Source: Camelus ferus (lineage: Eukaryota). From it: a stretch of 64,000 bases of DNA. A program made the position numbers and the translations under genes. The notes under the pieces were generated by a model. It saw nothing but the letters and a program-made list of their open reading frames with translations, had not been told where the DNA came from and searched no databases. The stretch lies in the NCBI RefSeq assembly GCF_009834535.1, contig NC_045697.1, positions 119,600,001-119,664,000 on the forward strand, given 5' to 3'. This document shows positions 37,229 through 51,014 of this stretch, piece after piece (position 1 is the stretch's first letter; the number at the start of each line of letters is the position of its first letter).

Positions 37229-40200
37229 TTGCTCTCTGTTGGAGGATCCTCCAAACCCTCAGGTTTCTGGAACAAGTCTTTGCATGTTGGGAGGTGTGGA
37301 GCCCCAATCCACACAGAAGAATGGGGTCATAGATTTGTCCATGTTAGGGAGAATTCCGCTAATTACCTCCACAGATCCTCTTGGGGCATTCGCCTCTTCT
37401 TGGCTTTTCAGCCAATCCACCAGAATTCACTCGCAGCCCGGCCTTTGAAAACACTCAGGGCAAGTAACCTAGGGTTCTATAAGAACCCAGGTGCTGAAGA
37501 CAGTTGTAGGAACCTCCCCAAACTCAGGATAACAGAACAATCCTTCGAGAGTCTGATAGAGATTGGTATACAAACTCCAGGCTTGTTTCAGTTGGTACAG
37601 GCTATCTTAGGTTGTGGAAGTTCGTATAATTAACTCCATTGTCCATGGGGAGGCCCTTGCAGTTGCTTGGATTTCCAGCACTACCCCCAGCTTTTCCTCG
37701 CTGCCTGGCCTGAGAAAAACTCAGGGAATAAATGCTACAGGTTTTGAAAGAACAAAGTTGCTCCTAAAATTTGTAGAAACCTCCCCACACTAAGGAAAAC
37801 AGAACACTTCTTTGTGTGTGTGATGGAGTAGAAAAATACCCTAAAGGCATTTTTCTGGGGTGCAGGTGTTCCCAGGATGGGAGATTTTGGCTAATTACCT
37901 CCACTGCCCATGGGGAGGCACTCTGATTTTCTTCGTTTTCCAGCCCTACTCCCAGCATTCCATTGCTGCACGGGGTAGGAAAACACCCAGGGATGACAAA
38001 CTAAATAATACTATCAGAAAACCGGCACTGCCGTCTGTTGCAGGAACCTCCACACACACAGGATTCCCAAACACGGCTTTGATTGGGGAGTTGTGAAGCC
38101 CCACTCCACACACATGGCTGGGGGCACAAGTATTTCCCTGTTATTGAGAAGTCAGTTAATTACCTCCACAGTGCATCTTGGGGCACTCGCTGCTTCTTGG
38201 ATTTTCAGCCAATTCCCCAGATTTCACTCTCAGCCCGGTCTCGGAAAACACTCAGAGAAGTAAAGCTACAAGTTCTATTAGAACCCAGGCGATCCTGACA
38301 GTTGTAGAAACCACAACATACTAAGGAAAACAGAATACTCCTTTGTGTGTGTGATGGAGTAGGAAAACACACTAAAGGCATGTTTCTGGGGTGCAGGTGT
38401 TCCCAGGATGGGAGATGTTGGCTAATTACCTCCACTGCCCATGGGGAAGCACTCTCTTCACTTCGATTTCCAGCTCTAATCCTAGCATTCCCTGGCAGCC
38501 CGACCGTGGGAAACACCCAGGTATTAGAAATCTAAGACATTCTGTCAGAACCATGGAGCTGCTGTCTGTTGTAGGAACCTCCAAACACTCACGATTCTGG
38601 AACACGGCTTTGTTTGGGGGAGTGGTGAAGCCGAACTGCACACTCACTGTTGGGGGCACATAATTTTCCCTGTTAGGGAGAAGTCTGCTAATTAAATCCA
38701 CAATCCATCTAGGGGCACTCGCTGCTACTTGGCTTTCCATACCAACCCCCAGATTTCCCTCACAGCCCGGCCTGGGTAAACACTCAGTTATAATATGCTA
38801 TTGGTTGTATTGGAACCCAGTCGCTACCTACCGTTGTAGGAAACATCCCACACCTAGGATAACAGAAGAAACTTTTGTGGGTCTGTTGGAGATGGGTAAA
38901 CAAGCTCTACTCATTTTTCTGGGGTCACAGGTGTTCCAAGGCTGTGGGACGTCGGAAAAATACCTCAAATTTTCATGGGGAGTAACTTGCTGCTTCTACG
39001 AAACTCAGCCCAACCCACAGCTTTACCTCGCAGTCAGGCCTGTGAAAAAAATCACGGATAAGAAAATACAGGTGCTAATATATCCCAGGCGCTGTTCACA
39101 GTTGTAGAAAACTCCCCACACTCAGGATAGTGGAACACATATTTGTGTGTATGATGGTTTAAGAAAATACACTACAGGCATGTTTCTTTGGGTACACCTT
39201 TTCCCAGGTTTAGAGATGTCGCCTAATTACCTCCACTGCCAATGGGGAGGCACTCTCTACTTCTTCGCTTTCCAGACCAACTCCCAAATATCCCTTGCAG
39301 CCCGGCCTAAGGAAACACATAGGTATGACCATATTAGTGATTCTATCAGAACCACGTCGCTGCTGTCGGTAGGAGGTTCCCAACAAACTCAAAATTCCGG
39401 AAAGTGGCTTTGCTTGGTGGAGGTGTGGAACCTCACACCACACAGAAGTCTGGGGGCACAGGAATTCCCTGTTCATGAGAAGTCCGCTAATTACCTCTAC
39501 AGTCAATCTCTAGGCACTTGTTGCTACTTGGCTTTCCAGCAGAACCCCCAGATTTCCCTCGCAGCCCGCCCTGGAAGACACTCAGAAAAATATGCTAGTG
39601 GTTTTAATGGAACACAGGCACTGCAGACCGTTGTAGGAACCACCGCACACGCAGCATAATAGAACATATTTTTGTGTCTGATTGAGATGGTAAAATCTCC
39701 AAGCATGTATCAGGGGGTACAGGTATTCCTAGGTTGTGGGAAGTCAGATAGTTCCCACTACTGCCCATGGGGAGGAAATCGCTCCTGCTTGTCTTTCCAG
39801 CCCATCCCCAGGTTCCCTTGCAACCCAGCCTGAGAAAACACTCAGAAAATATTGCTTAACTTTAATTAGAACCCAGGCGCTGCTGACAGTTGTAGAAACC
39901 TCCCAATACACAGGGTAACAGAACACTACTTTGTGTGTATTATGTAGTAGGAAAACACACTCCATGCATGTTTCTGGGGTGCAGGTTTAACCAGGTTGGG
40001 AGACGTTGGCTAATTATCTCCAGAGTCCATGTGGTGGCACTCTGTTTTTCTTCATTTTCCAGCCCTACTCCCAGGTTTCCCTTGCAGCCCGGGTTAGGAA
40101 ATCACCCAGGGATGACAGACTAAATGATTCTATCAGAAACCTGGCGCTGCTGTCAGTTGGAGGGACCTCCAAACACACAGGATTCCCAAACACGGCTTTG

Positions 40201-43200
40201 CTTGGGTGAGTTGTGAAGCCCCACACCACACACATAGCTGGGGGCACAAGTTTTTCCCTGTTAGGGAGAAGTCCGCTAATTCCCTCTACAGTCCATCTCG
40301 GGGCACTCCCTGCTACTTGGATTTCCAGCCCAACCCCCAGGTTACCCTTTCAGGTCGGCCTGGGGTAACACAAAGGTAAAAGAACTACTGGTGCTATAAG
40401 AACCCATGCGCTACTGACAATTGTGGAAACCTTCGAACACTCAGGATAACAGAGAAAATCTTTCTGTGTGTGATGGAGTATGAAAACACATGCCAGGCAT
40501 TATTTTGGGGTTCCAGGCTTTCCCAGGATGGGAGATGTCGTCTAGATTCCTTCGTTGTTCATGGGGAGTCACTGTCTCCTTCTTCGTTTTCAAGCCCAAC
40601 TCCCAGCTTTCCCTTGTAGCCCGGACTAGTGAAACACCCAGAGATGAAAAATAAATGATTCTATCAGTACCCCAGCTTTGCTCTCTGTTGGAGGATCCTC
40701 CAAACCCTCAGGTTTCTGGAACAAGTCTTTGCATGTTGGGAGGTGTGGAGCCCCAATCCACACAGAAGAATGGGGTCACAGATTTGTCCCTGTTAGGGAG
40801 AAGTCCGCTAATTACCTCCACAGTTCGTCTTGGGGCATTCGCCTCTTCTTGGTTTTTCAGCCAATCCACCAGAATTCACTCGCAGCCCGGCCTTTGAAAA
40901 CACTCAGGGCAAGTAACCTAGGGTTCTATAGGAACCCAGGTGCTGAAGACAGTTGTAGGAACCTCCCTAAACTCAGGATAACAGAACAATCCTTCGAGAG
41001 TCTGATAGAGATGGGTATACAAACTCCAGGCTTGTTTCAGGTGGTACAGGCTTTCTTAGGTTGTGGAAGTTCGTATAATTAACTCCACTGTCCATGGGGA
41101 GGCGCTTGCAGTTGCTTGGATTTCCAGCACTACCCCCAGGTTTTCCTCGCAGCCCGGCCTGAGAAAAACTCAGGGAATAAAAGCTACAGGTTCTGAAAGA
41201 TCAAAGTTGCTCCTAAAAGTTGTAGAAACCTCCCCACACTAAGGAAAACAGAACACTTCTTTGTGTGTGTGATGGAGTAGAAAAATACACTAAAGGCATT
41301 TTTCTGGGGTGCAGGTGTTCCCAGGATGGGAGATTTTGGCTAATTACCTCCACTGCCCATGGGGAGGCACTCTGATTTTCTTCGTTTTCCAGCCCTACTC
41401 CCAGCATTCCATTGCTGCACGGGCTAGGAAAACACCCAGGGATGACAAACTAAATAATTCTATCAGAAAACCTGCACTGCCGTCAGTTGCAGGAACCTCC
41501 ACACACACAGGATTCCCAAACACGGCTTTGATTGGGGAGTTGTGAAGCCCCACTCCACACACATGGCTGGGGGCACAAGTATTTCCCTGTTATTGAGAAG
41601 TCAGTTAATTACCTCCAAAGTGCATCTTGGGGCACTCGCTGCTTCTTGGCTTTTCAGCCAATTCCCCAGATTTCACTCTCAGCCCGGTCTCGGAACACAC
41701 TCAGGGAAGGAAAGCTACAAGTTCTACTAGAACCCAGGCGATCCTGACAGTTGTAGAAACCACAACATACTAAGGAAAACAGAATACTCCTTTGTGTGTG
41801 TGATGGAGTAGGAAAACACACTAAAGGCATGTTTCTGGGGTGCAGGTGTTCCAAGGATGGGAGATGTTGGCTAATTACATCCACTGCCCATGGGGAAGCA
41901 CTCTCTTCACTTCGATTTCCAGCTCTAATCCTAGCATTCCCTGGCAGCCCTACCGTGGGAAACACCCAGGTATTAGAAATCTAAGACATTCTGTCAGAAC
42001 CATGGAGCTGCTGTCTGTTGTAGGAACCTCCAAACACTCACGATTCTGGAACACGGCTTTGTTTGGGGGAGTGGTGAAGCCGAACTGCACACTCACTGTT
42101 GGGGGCACATGATATTCCCTGTTAGGGAGAAGTCTGCTAATTACATCCACAGTCCATCTAGGGGCACTCGCTGCTACTTGGCTTTCCATACCAACCCCCA
42201 GCTTTCCCTCACAGCCCGGCCTGGGTAAACACTCAGGGATAATATGCTATTGGTTGTATTGGAACCCAGTCGCTACCTACATTTGTAGGAAACATCCCAC
42301 ACCTAGGATAACAGAAGAAACTTTTGTGGGTCTGTTGGAGATGGGTAAACAAGCTCCACTCATTTTTCTGGGGGCACAGATGTTCCAAGGCTGTGGGACG
42401 TCGGAAAAATACCTCAAATTTTCATGGGGAGTAACTTGCTGCTTCTACGAAACTCAGCCCAACCCACAGCTTTACCTCGCATTCAGGCCTGTGAAAACAA
42501 TCACGGATAAGAAAATACTGGTGCTATTATATCCCAGGCGCTGTTCATAGTTGTAGAAAACTCCCCACACTCAGGATAGTGGAACACATATTTGTGTGTA
42601 TGATGGTTTAAGAAAATACACCCCAGGCATGTTTCTTTGGGTACAACTGTTCCCAGGTTTGGAGATGTCGCCTAATTAACTCCACTGCCAATGGGGAGGC
42701 ACTCTCTATTTCTTCGCTTTCCAGACCAACTCCAACATATCCCTTGCAGCCTGGCCTAAGAAAACACCTAGATATGACAATATTAGTGATTCTATCAGAA
42801 CCCCGTTGCTGCTGCCAGTGGGAGGTAACCAACACACTCAAAATTCCGAAAAACGGCTTTGCCTGGTGTAGGTGTGGAGCCCCACACCACACAGATGCCT
42901 AGGGCACAGGAATTCCCTGTTTATGAGAAGTCCGCTAATTACCTCTACAGTCAATTTCTAGGCACTTGTTTCTACTTGGCTTTCCAGCCTAACGCCAAGC
43001 TTTCACACGCAGCCCGCCCTGGAAATCACTCAGAAGAAATATGCTAGTGGTTCTAATTGAACACAGGCACTGCAGACCATTGTAGGAACCACCGCACACG
43101 CAGGATAACAGAACATATTTTTGTGTCTGATTGAGATGGTAAAACCTCCACGCATGTTTCAGGGGGTACAGTTATTCCTAGGTTGTGGGAATTCAGATAA

Positions 43201-46200
43201 TTCCCACTACTGCCCATGGGGAGGAAATCGCTCCTGCTTGGCTTTCCAGCCCATCCCCAGTTTCCCTTGCAACCCAGCCTGAGAGAACACTCAGAAAATG
43301 TAGCTTAAAGTTTAATTAGATCCCAGGCGCTGCTGACAGTTGTAGAAACCTCCCAATACACAGGGTAACAGAACACTTCTTTGTGTGTGTTATGTAGTAG
43401 GAAAACACACTCCATGCATGTTTCTGGGGTGCAGGTTTAAGCAGCTTGGGAGACGTTGGCTAATTATCTCCAGAGTCCATGTGAGGCACTCGGTTTTTCT
43501 TCGTTTTCCAGCCCTACTCCCAGCTTTCCCTTGCAGCCCGGGTTAGGAAAACACCCAGGGATGACAGACTAAGTGATTCTATAAGAACCCTGGCGCTGCT
43601 GTCTGTTGGAGGGACCTCCAAACACACAGGATTCCCAAACACGGCTTTGCTTGGGTGAGTTGTGAAGCCCCACACCACACACATGGCTGGGGGCACAAGT
43701 TTTTCCCTGTTAGGGAGAAGTCCGCTAATTCCCTCTACAGTCCATCTCGGGGCACTCCCTGCTACTTGGATTTCCAGCCCAACCCCCAGGTTTCCCTTGC
43801 AGCCCGGCCTGGGGTAACACACAGGGAATAGAACTGCAGGTGCTATAAGACCCCATGCGCTGCTGACAATTGTGGAAACCTTCGAACACTCAGGATAACA
43901 GAACAAATCTTTCTGTGTGTGATGGAGTATGAAAACACACGCCAGGCATTTTTTTGGGGTTCCAGGTTTTCCCAGGTTGGGAGATGTCGCGTAGATTCCT
44001 TCATTGTTCATGGGGAGTCACTGTCTTCTTCGTTTTCAAGCCCAACTCCCAGCTTTCCCTTGTAGCCCGGACTAGTGAAACACCCAGGGATGAAAAATAA
44101 ATGATTCTATCAGTACCCCGGCGTTGCTGTCTGTTGGAGGATCCTCCAAACCCTCAGGATTCTGGAACAAGTCTTTGCATGTTGGGAGGTGTGGAGCCCC
44201 AATCCACGCAGAAGGATGGGGTCACAGATTTGTCCCTGTTAGGGAGAAGTCCGCTAATTACCTCCACAGTGCGTCTTGGGGCACTCGCCTCCTCTTGGCT
44301 TTTCAGCCAATCCCCCAGAATTCACTCGCAGCTCGGCCTTTGAAAACACTCATGGCATGTAAGCTAGGGTTCTATAGGAACCCAGGTGCTGAAGACAGTT
44401 GTAGGAACCTCCCCAAACTCAGGATAACAGAACAAATCTTCGAGAGTCTGATAGAGATGGGTATACAAACTCCAGGCTTGTTTCAGGTGGTACAGGCATT
44501 CTTAGGTTGTGGAAGTTCGTATAATTAACTCCACTTCTCCATGGGGAGGCCCTTGCATTTGCTTGGATTTCCAGCCCTACCTCCAGCTTTTCCTCGCAGC
44601 CCGGCCTGAGAAAAACTCAGGGAATAAAAGCTACAGGTTCTGAAAGAACAAAGTTGCTTCTAAAAGTTGTAAAAAACTCCCCAAACTAAGGAAAAGAGAA
44701 CACTTCTTTGTGTGTGTGATGGAGTAGAAAAATACACTAAAGGCATGTTTCTGGGGTGCAGGTGTTCCCAGGATGGGAGATTTTGGCTAATTACCTCTAC
44801 TGCCCATGGGGAGGCACTCTGATTTTCTTCGTTTTCCAGCCTTACTCCCAGCATTCCCTTGCTGCACGGGTTAGGAAAACACCCAGGGATGACAAACTAA
44901 GTTATTCTATAAGAACACAGGCGCTGCTCTCTGTTGCAGGAACCTCCACACACACAGGATTCCCAAACACGGCTTTGATTGGGGAATTGTGAAGCCCCAC
45001 TCCACACACATGGCTGGGGGCACAATTATTTCCCTGTTATAGATATGTCAGTTAATTTCTTCCACAGTGTATCTTGGGGCACTCGCTGCTTCTTGGCTTT
45101 TCAGCCAATTCCCCAGATTTCACTCTCAGTCCGGTCTCGGAAAACACTCATGGAAGGAAAGCTACAAGTTCTATTAGAACTCAGGCGATCCTGACAGTTG
45201 TAGAAACCTCAACATCCTAAGAAAACAGAATACTCCTTTGTGTGTGTGATGGAGTAGGAAAACACACTAAATGCAGGTTTCTGGGGTGCAGGTGTTCCCA
45301 GGATGGGAGATGTTGGCTAATTACCTCCACTGCCCATGGGGAAGCACTCTCTTCACTTCGATTTCCAGCCCTAAACCTAGCATTCCCTTGCAGTCCGACC
45401 GTGGAAAACACTCTGGGGTTTAAAAACTAAGATATTCTGTCAGAACCATGGAGCTGCTGTCTGTTGGAGGAACCTCCAAACACTCACGATTCAGGAACAC
45501 GGCTTTGTTGGGGGAAGTGGTGAAGCCCCACTGCACACTCACTGTTGGGGTGACATGATTTTCCCTGTTAGGGAGAAGTATGCTAATTACATCCACAGTC
45601 CATCTAGGGGCACTCGCTGCTACTTGGCTTTCCATACCAACCCCTAGCTTTCCCTCACTGCCCGGCCTGGGTAAACACTCAGGGATAATATGCTATTGGT
45701 TGTATTGGAACCCAGTCGCTACCTATCTTTGTAGGAAACATCCCACACCTAGGATAACAGAAGAAACTTTTGTGGGTCTGTTGGAGATGGGTAAACAAGC
45801 TCCACACATTTTTCTGGGGTCACAGGTGTTCCAAGGCTGTGGGACGTCGGAAAAATACCTCAAATTTTCATGGGGAGTAACTTGCTGCTTCTACGAAACT
45901 CAGCCCAACCAACAGCTTTACCTCGCAGTCAGGCCTGTGAAAACAATCACGGATAAGAAAATACTGGTGCTATTATATCCCAGGCGCTGTTCATAGTTGT
46001 AGAAAACTCCCCACACTCAGGATAGTGGAACACATATTTGTGTGTATGATGGTTTAGGAAAATACACCCCAGGCATGTTTCTTTGGGTACAACTGTTCCC
46101 AGGTTTGGAGATGTCGCCTAATAAACTCCACTGCCAATGGGGAGGCACTCTCTATTTCTTCGCTTTCCAGACCAACTCCAACATATCCCTTGCAGCCTGG

Positions 46201-49200
46201 CCTAAGAAAACACCTAGATATGACAATATTAGTGATTCTATCAGAACCCCGTTGCTGCTGCCAGTGGGAGGTAACCAACACACTCAAAATTCCGAAAAAC
46301 GGCTTTGCCTTGTGTAGGAGTGGAGCCCCACACCACACAGATGCCTAGGGCACAGGAATTCCCTGTTTATGAGAAGTCCGCTAATTACCTCTACAGTCAA
46401 TTTCTAGGCACTTGTTTCTACTTGGCTTTCCAGCCTAACGCCCAGCTTTCACACGCAGTCCGCCCTGGAAATCACTCAGAAGAAATATGCTAGTGGTTCT
46501 AATTGAACACAGGCACTGCAGACCATTGTAGGAACAACCGCACACGCAGGATAACAGAAAATATTTTTGTGTCTGATTGAGATGGTAAAACCTCCACGCA
46601 TGTTTCAGGGGGTACAGTTATTCCTAGGTTGTGGGAATTCAGATAATTCCCACTACTGCCCATGGGGAGGAAATCGCTCCTGCTTGGCTTTCCAGCCCAT
46701 CCCCAGGTTCCCTTGCAACCCAGCCTGAGAGAACACTCAGAAAATGTAGCTTAAATTTTAATTAGATCCCAGGCGCTGCTGACAGTTGTAGAAACCTCCC
46801 AATACACAGGGTAACAGAACACTTCTTTGTGTGTGTTATGTAGTAGGAAAACACACTCCATGCATGTTTCTGGGGTGCAGGTTTAAGCAGCTTGGGAGAC
46901 GTTGGCTAATTATCTCCAGAGTCCATGTGAGGCACTCGGTTTTTCTTCGTTTTAAAGCCCTACTCCCAGCTTTCCCTTGCAGCCCGGGTTAGGAAAACAC
47001 CCAGGGATGACAGACTAAGTGATTCTATAAGAACCCTGGTGCTGCTGTCTGTTGGAGGGACCTCCAAACACACAGGATTCCCAAACACGGCTTTGCTTGG
47101 GTGAGTTGTGAAGACCCACACCACACACATGGCTGGGGGCACAAGTTTTTCCCTGTTAGGGAGAAGTCCGCTAATTCCCTCTACAGTCCATCTCGGGGCA
47201 CTCCCTGCTAATTGGATTTCCAGCCCAACCCCCAGGTTTCCCTTGCAGCCCGGCCTGGGGTAACACACAGGGAATAGAAATACAGGTGCTATAAGAAACC
47301 ATGTGCTGCTGACAATTGTGGAAACCTTCGAACACTCAGGATAACAGAACAAATCTTTCTGTGTGTGATGGAGTATGAAAACACACGCCAGGCATTTTTT
47401 TGGGGTTCCAGGTTTTCCCAGGTTGGGAGATGTCGGGTAGATTCCTTCATTGTTCATGGGGAGTCACTGTCTTCTTCGTTTTCAAGCCCAACTCCCAGCT
47501 TTCCCTTGTAGCCCGGACTAGTGAAACACTCAGGGATGAAAAATAAATGATTCTATCAGTACCCCGGCGTTGCTGTCTGTTGGAGGATCCTCCAAACCCT
47601 CAGGATTCTGGAACAAGTCTTTGCATGTTGGGAGGTGTGGAGCCCCAATCCACGCAGAAGGATGGGGTCACAGATTTGTCCCTGTTAGGGAGAAGTCCGC
47701 TAATTACCTCCACAGTGCGTCTTGGGGCACTCGCCTCCTCTTGGCTTTTCAGCCAATCCCCTAGAATTCACTCGCAGCTCGGCCTTTGAAAACACTCATG
47801 GCATGTAAGCTAGGGTTCTATAGGAACCCAGGTGCTGAAGACAGTTGTAGGAACCTCCCCAAACTCAGGATAACAGAACAAATCTTCGAGAGTCTGATAG
47901 AGATGGGTATACAAACTCCACGCTTGTTTCAGGTGGTACAGGCTTTCTTAGGTTGTGGAAGTTCGTATAATTAACTCCACTCTCCATGGGGAGGCCCTTG
48001 CATTTGCTTGGATTTCCAGCCCTACCTCCAGCTTTTCCTCACAGCCCGGCCTGAGAAAAATTCAGAGAATAAAAGCTACAGGTTCTGAAAGAACAAATTT
48101 GCTTCTAAAAGTTGTAAAAAACTCCCCAAACTAAGGAAAAGAGAACACTTCTTTGTGTGTGTGATGGAGTAGAAAAATACACTAAAGGCATGTTTCTGGG
48201 GTGCAGGTGTTCCCATAATGGGAGATTTTGGCTAATTACCTCTACTGCCCATGGGGAGGCACTCTGATTTTCTTCGTTTTCCGGCCCTACTCCCAGCATT
48301 CCCTTGCTGCACGGGTTAGGAAAACACCCAGGGATGACAAACTAAGTTATTTATAAGAACACAGGCGCTGCTCTCTGTTGCAGGAACCTCCACACACACA
48401 GGATTCCCAAACACGGCTTTGATTGGGGAATTGTGAAGCCCCACTCCACACACATGGCTGGGGGCACAATTATTTCCCTGTTATAGATATGTCAGTTAAT
48501 TTCTTCCACAGTGTATCTTGGGGCACTCGCTGCTTCTTGGCTTTTCAGCCAATTCCCCAGATTTCACTCTCAGTCCGGTCTCGGAAAACACTCAGGGAAG
48601 GAAAGCTACAAGTTCTATTAGAACTCAGGCGATCCTGACAGTTGTAGAAACCTCAACATCCTAAGAAAACAGAATACTCTTTTGTGTGTGTGATGGAGTA
48701 GGAAAACACACTAAATGCAGGTTTCTGGGGTGCAGGTGTTCCCAGGATGGGAGATGTTGGCTAATTACCTCCACTGCCCATGGGGAAGCACTCTCTTCAC
48801 TTCGATTTCCAGCCCTAAACCTAGCATTCCCTTGCAGTCCGACCGTGGAAAACACTCTGGGGTTTAAAATTCTAAGATATTCTGTCAGAACCATGGAGCT
48901 GCTGTCTGTTGGAGGAACCTCCAAACACTCACGATTCAGGAACACGGCTTTGTTGGGGGAAGTGGTGAAGCCCCACTGCACACTCACTGTTGGGGTGACA
49001 TGATTTTCCCTGTTAGGGAGAAGTATGCTAATTACATCCACAGTCCATCTAGGGGCACTCGCTGCTACTTGGCTTTCCATACCAACCCCTAGCTTTCCCT
49101 CACTGCCCGGCCTGGGTAAACACTCAGGGATAATATGCTATTGGTTGTATTGGAACCCAGTAGCTACCTACCTTTGTAGGAAACATCCCACACCTAGGAT

Positions 49201-51014
49201 AACAGAAGAAACTTTTGTGGGTCTGTTGGAGATGGGTAAACAAGCTCCACACATTTTTCTGGGGGCACAGGTGTTCCAAGGCTGTGGGACGTCGGAAAAA
49301 TACCTCAAATTTTCATGGGGAGTAACTTGCTGCTTCTACGAAACTCAGCCCAACCAACAGCTTTACCTCGCAGTCAGGCCTGTGAAAACAATCACGGATA
49401 AGAAAATACTGGTGCTATTATATCCCAGGCGCTGTTCATAGTTGTAGAAAACTCCCCACACTCAGGATAGTGGAACACATATTTGTGTGTATGATGGTTT
49501 AGGAAAATACACCCCAGGCATGTTTCTTTGGGTACAACTGTTCCCAGGTTTGGAGATGTCGCCTAATAAACTCCACTGCCAATGTGGAGGCACTCTCTAT
49601 TTCTTCGCTTTCCAGACCAACTCCAACATATCCCTTGCAGCCTGGCCTAAGAAAACACCTAGATATGACAATATTAGTGATTCTATCAGAACCCCGTTGC
49701 TGCTGTCGGTAGGAGGTAACCAACACACTCAAAATTCCGAAAAACGGCTTTGCCTTGTGTAGGTGTGGAGCCCCACACCACACAGATGCCTAGGGCACAG
49801 GAATTCCCTGTTTATGAGAAGTCCGCTAATTACCTCTACAGTCAATTTCTAGGCACTTGTTTCTACTTGGCTTTCCAGCCTAACGCCCAGCTTTCACACG
49901 CAGTCCGCCCTGGAAATCACTCAGAAGAAATATGCTAGTGGTTCTAATTGAACACAGGCACTGCAGACCATTGTAGGAACAACCGCACATGCAGGATAAC
50001 AGAACATAGTTTTGTGTCTGATTGAGATGGTAAAACCTCCACGCATGTTTCAGGGTTTACAGGTATTCCTAGGTTGTGGGAGGTCAGATAATTCCCACTA
50101 CTGCCCATGGGGAGGAAATCGCTCCTGCTTGGCTTTCCAGCCCATCCCCAGTTTCCCTTGCAACCCAGCCTGAGAGAACACTCAGAAAATGTAGCTTAAA
50201 TTTGAATTAGATCCCAGGCGCTGCTGACAGTTGTAGAAACCTCCCAATACACAGGGTAACAGAACACTTCTTTGTGTGTGTTATGTAGTAGGAAAACACA
50301 CTCCATGCATGTTTCTGGGGTGCAGGTTTAAGCAGCTTGGGAGACGTTGGCTAATTATCTCCAGAGTCCATGTGAGGCACTCGGTTTTTCTTCGTTTTAA
50401 AGCCCTACTCCCAGCTTTCCCTTGCAGCCCGGGTTAGGAAAACACCCAGGGATGACAGACTAAGTGATTCTATAAGAACCCTGGTGCTGCTGTCTGTTGG
50501 AGGGACCTCCAAACACACAGGATTCCCAAACACGGCTTTGCTTGGGTGAGTTGTGAAGACCCACACTACACACATGGCTGGGGGCACAAGTTTTTCCCTG
50601 TTAGGGAGAAGTCCGCTAATTCCCTCTACAGTCCATCTCGGGGCACTCCCTGCTAATTGGATTTCCAGCCCAACCCCCAGGTTTCCCTTGCAGCCCGGCC
50701 TGGGGTAACACACAGGGAATAGAACTACAGGTGCTATAAGAACCCATGCGCTGCTGACAATTGTGGAAACCTTCGAACACTCAGGATAACAGAACAAATC
50801 TTTCTGTGTGTGATGGAGTATGAAAACACACGCCAGGCATTTTTTTGGGGTTCCAGGTTTTCCCAGGTTGGGAGATGTCGGGTAGATTCCTTCATTGTTC
50901 ATGGGGAGTCACTGTCTTCTTCGTTTTCAAGCCCAACTCCCAGCTTTCCCTTGTAGCCCGGACTAGTGAAACACTCAGGGATGAAAAATAAATGATTCTA
51001 TCAGTACCCCGGCG

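Noticed and set aside
43185..43207. Paired RBPJ/Su(H) sites (GTGGGAA...TTCCCAC)
   Set aside because: The spacer is 9 bp, shorter than canonical paired sites, and there is no gene context. It is kept only as an inverted repeat.
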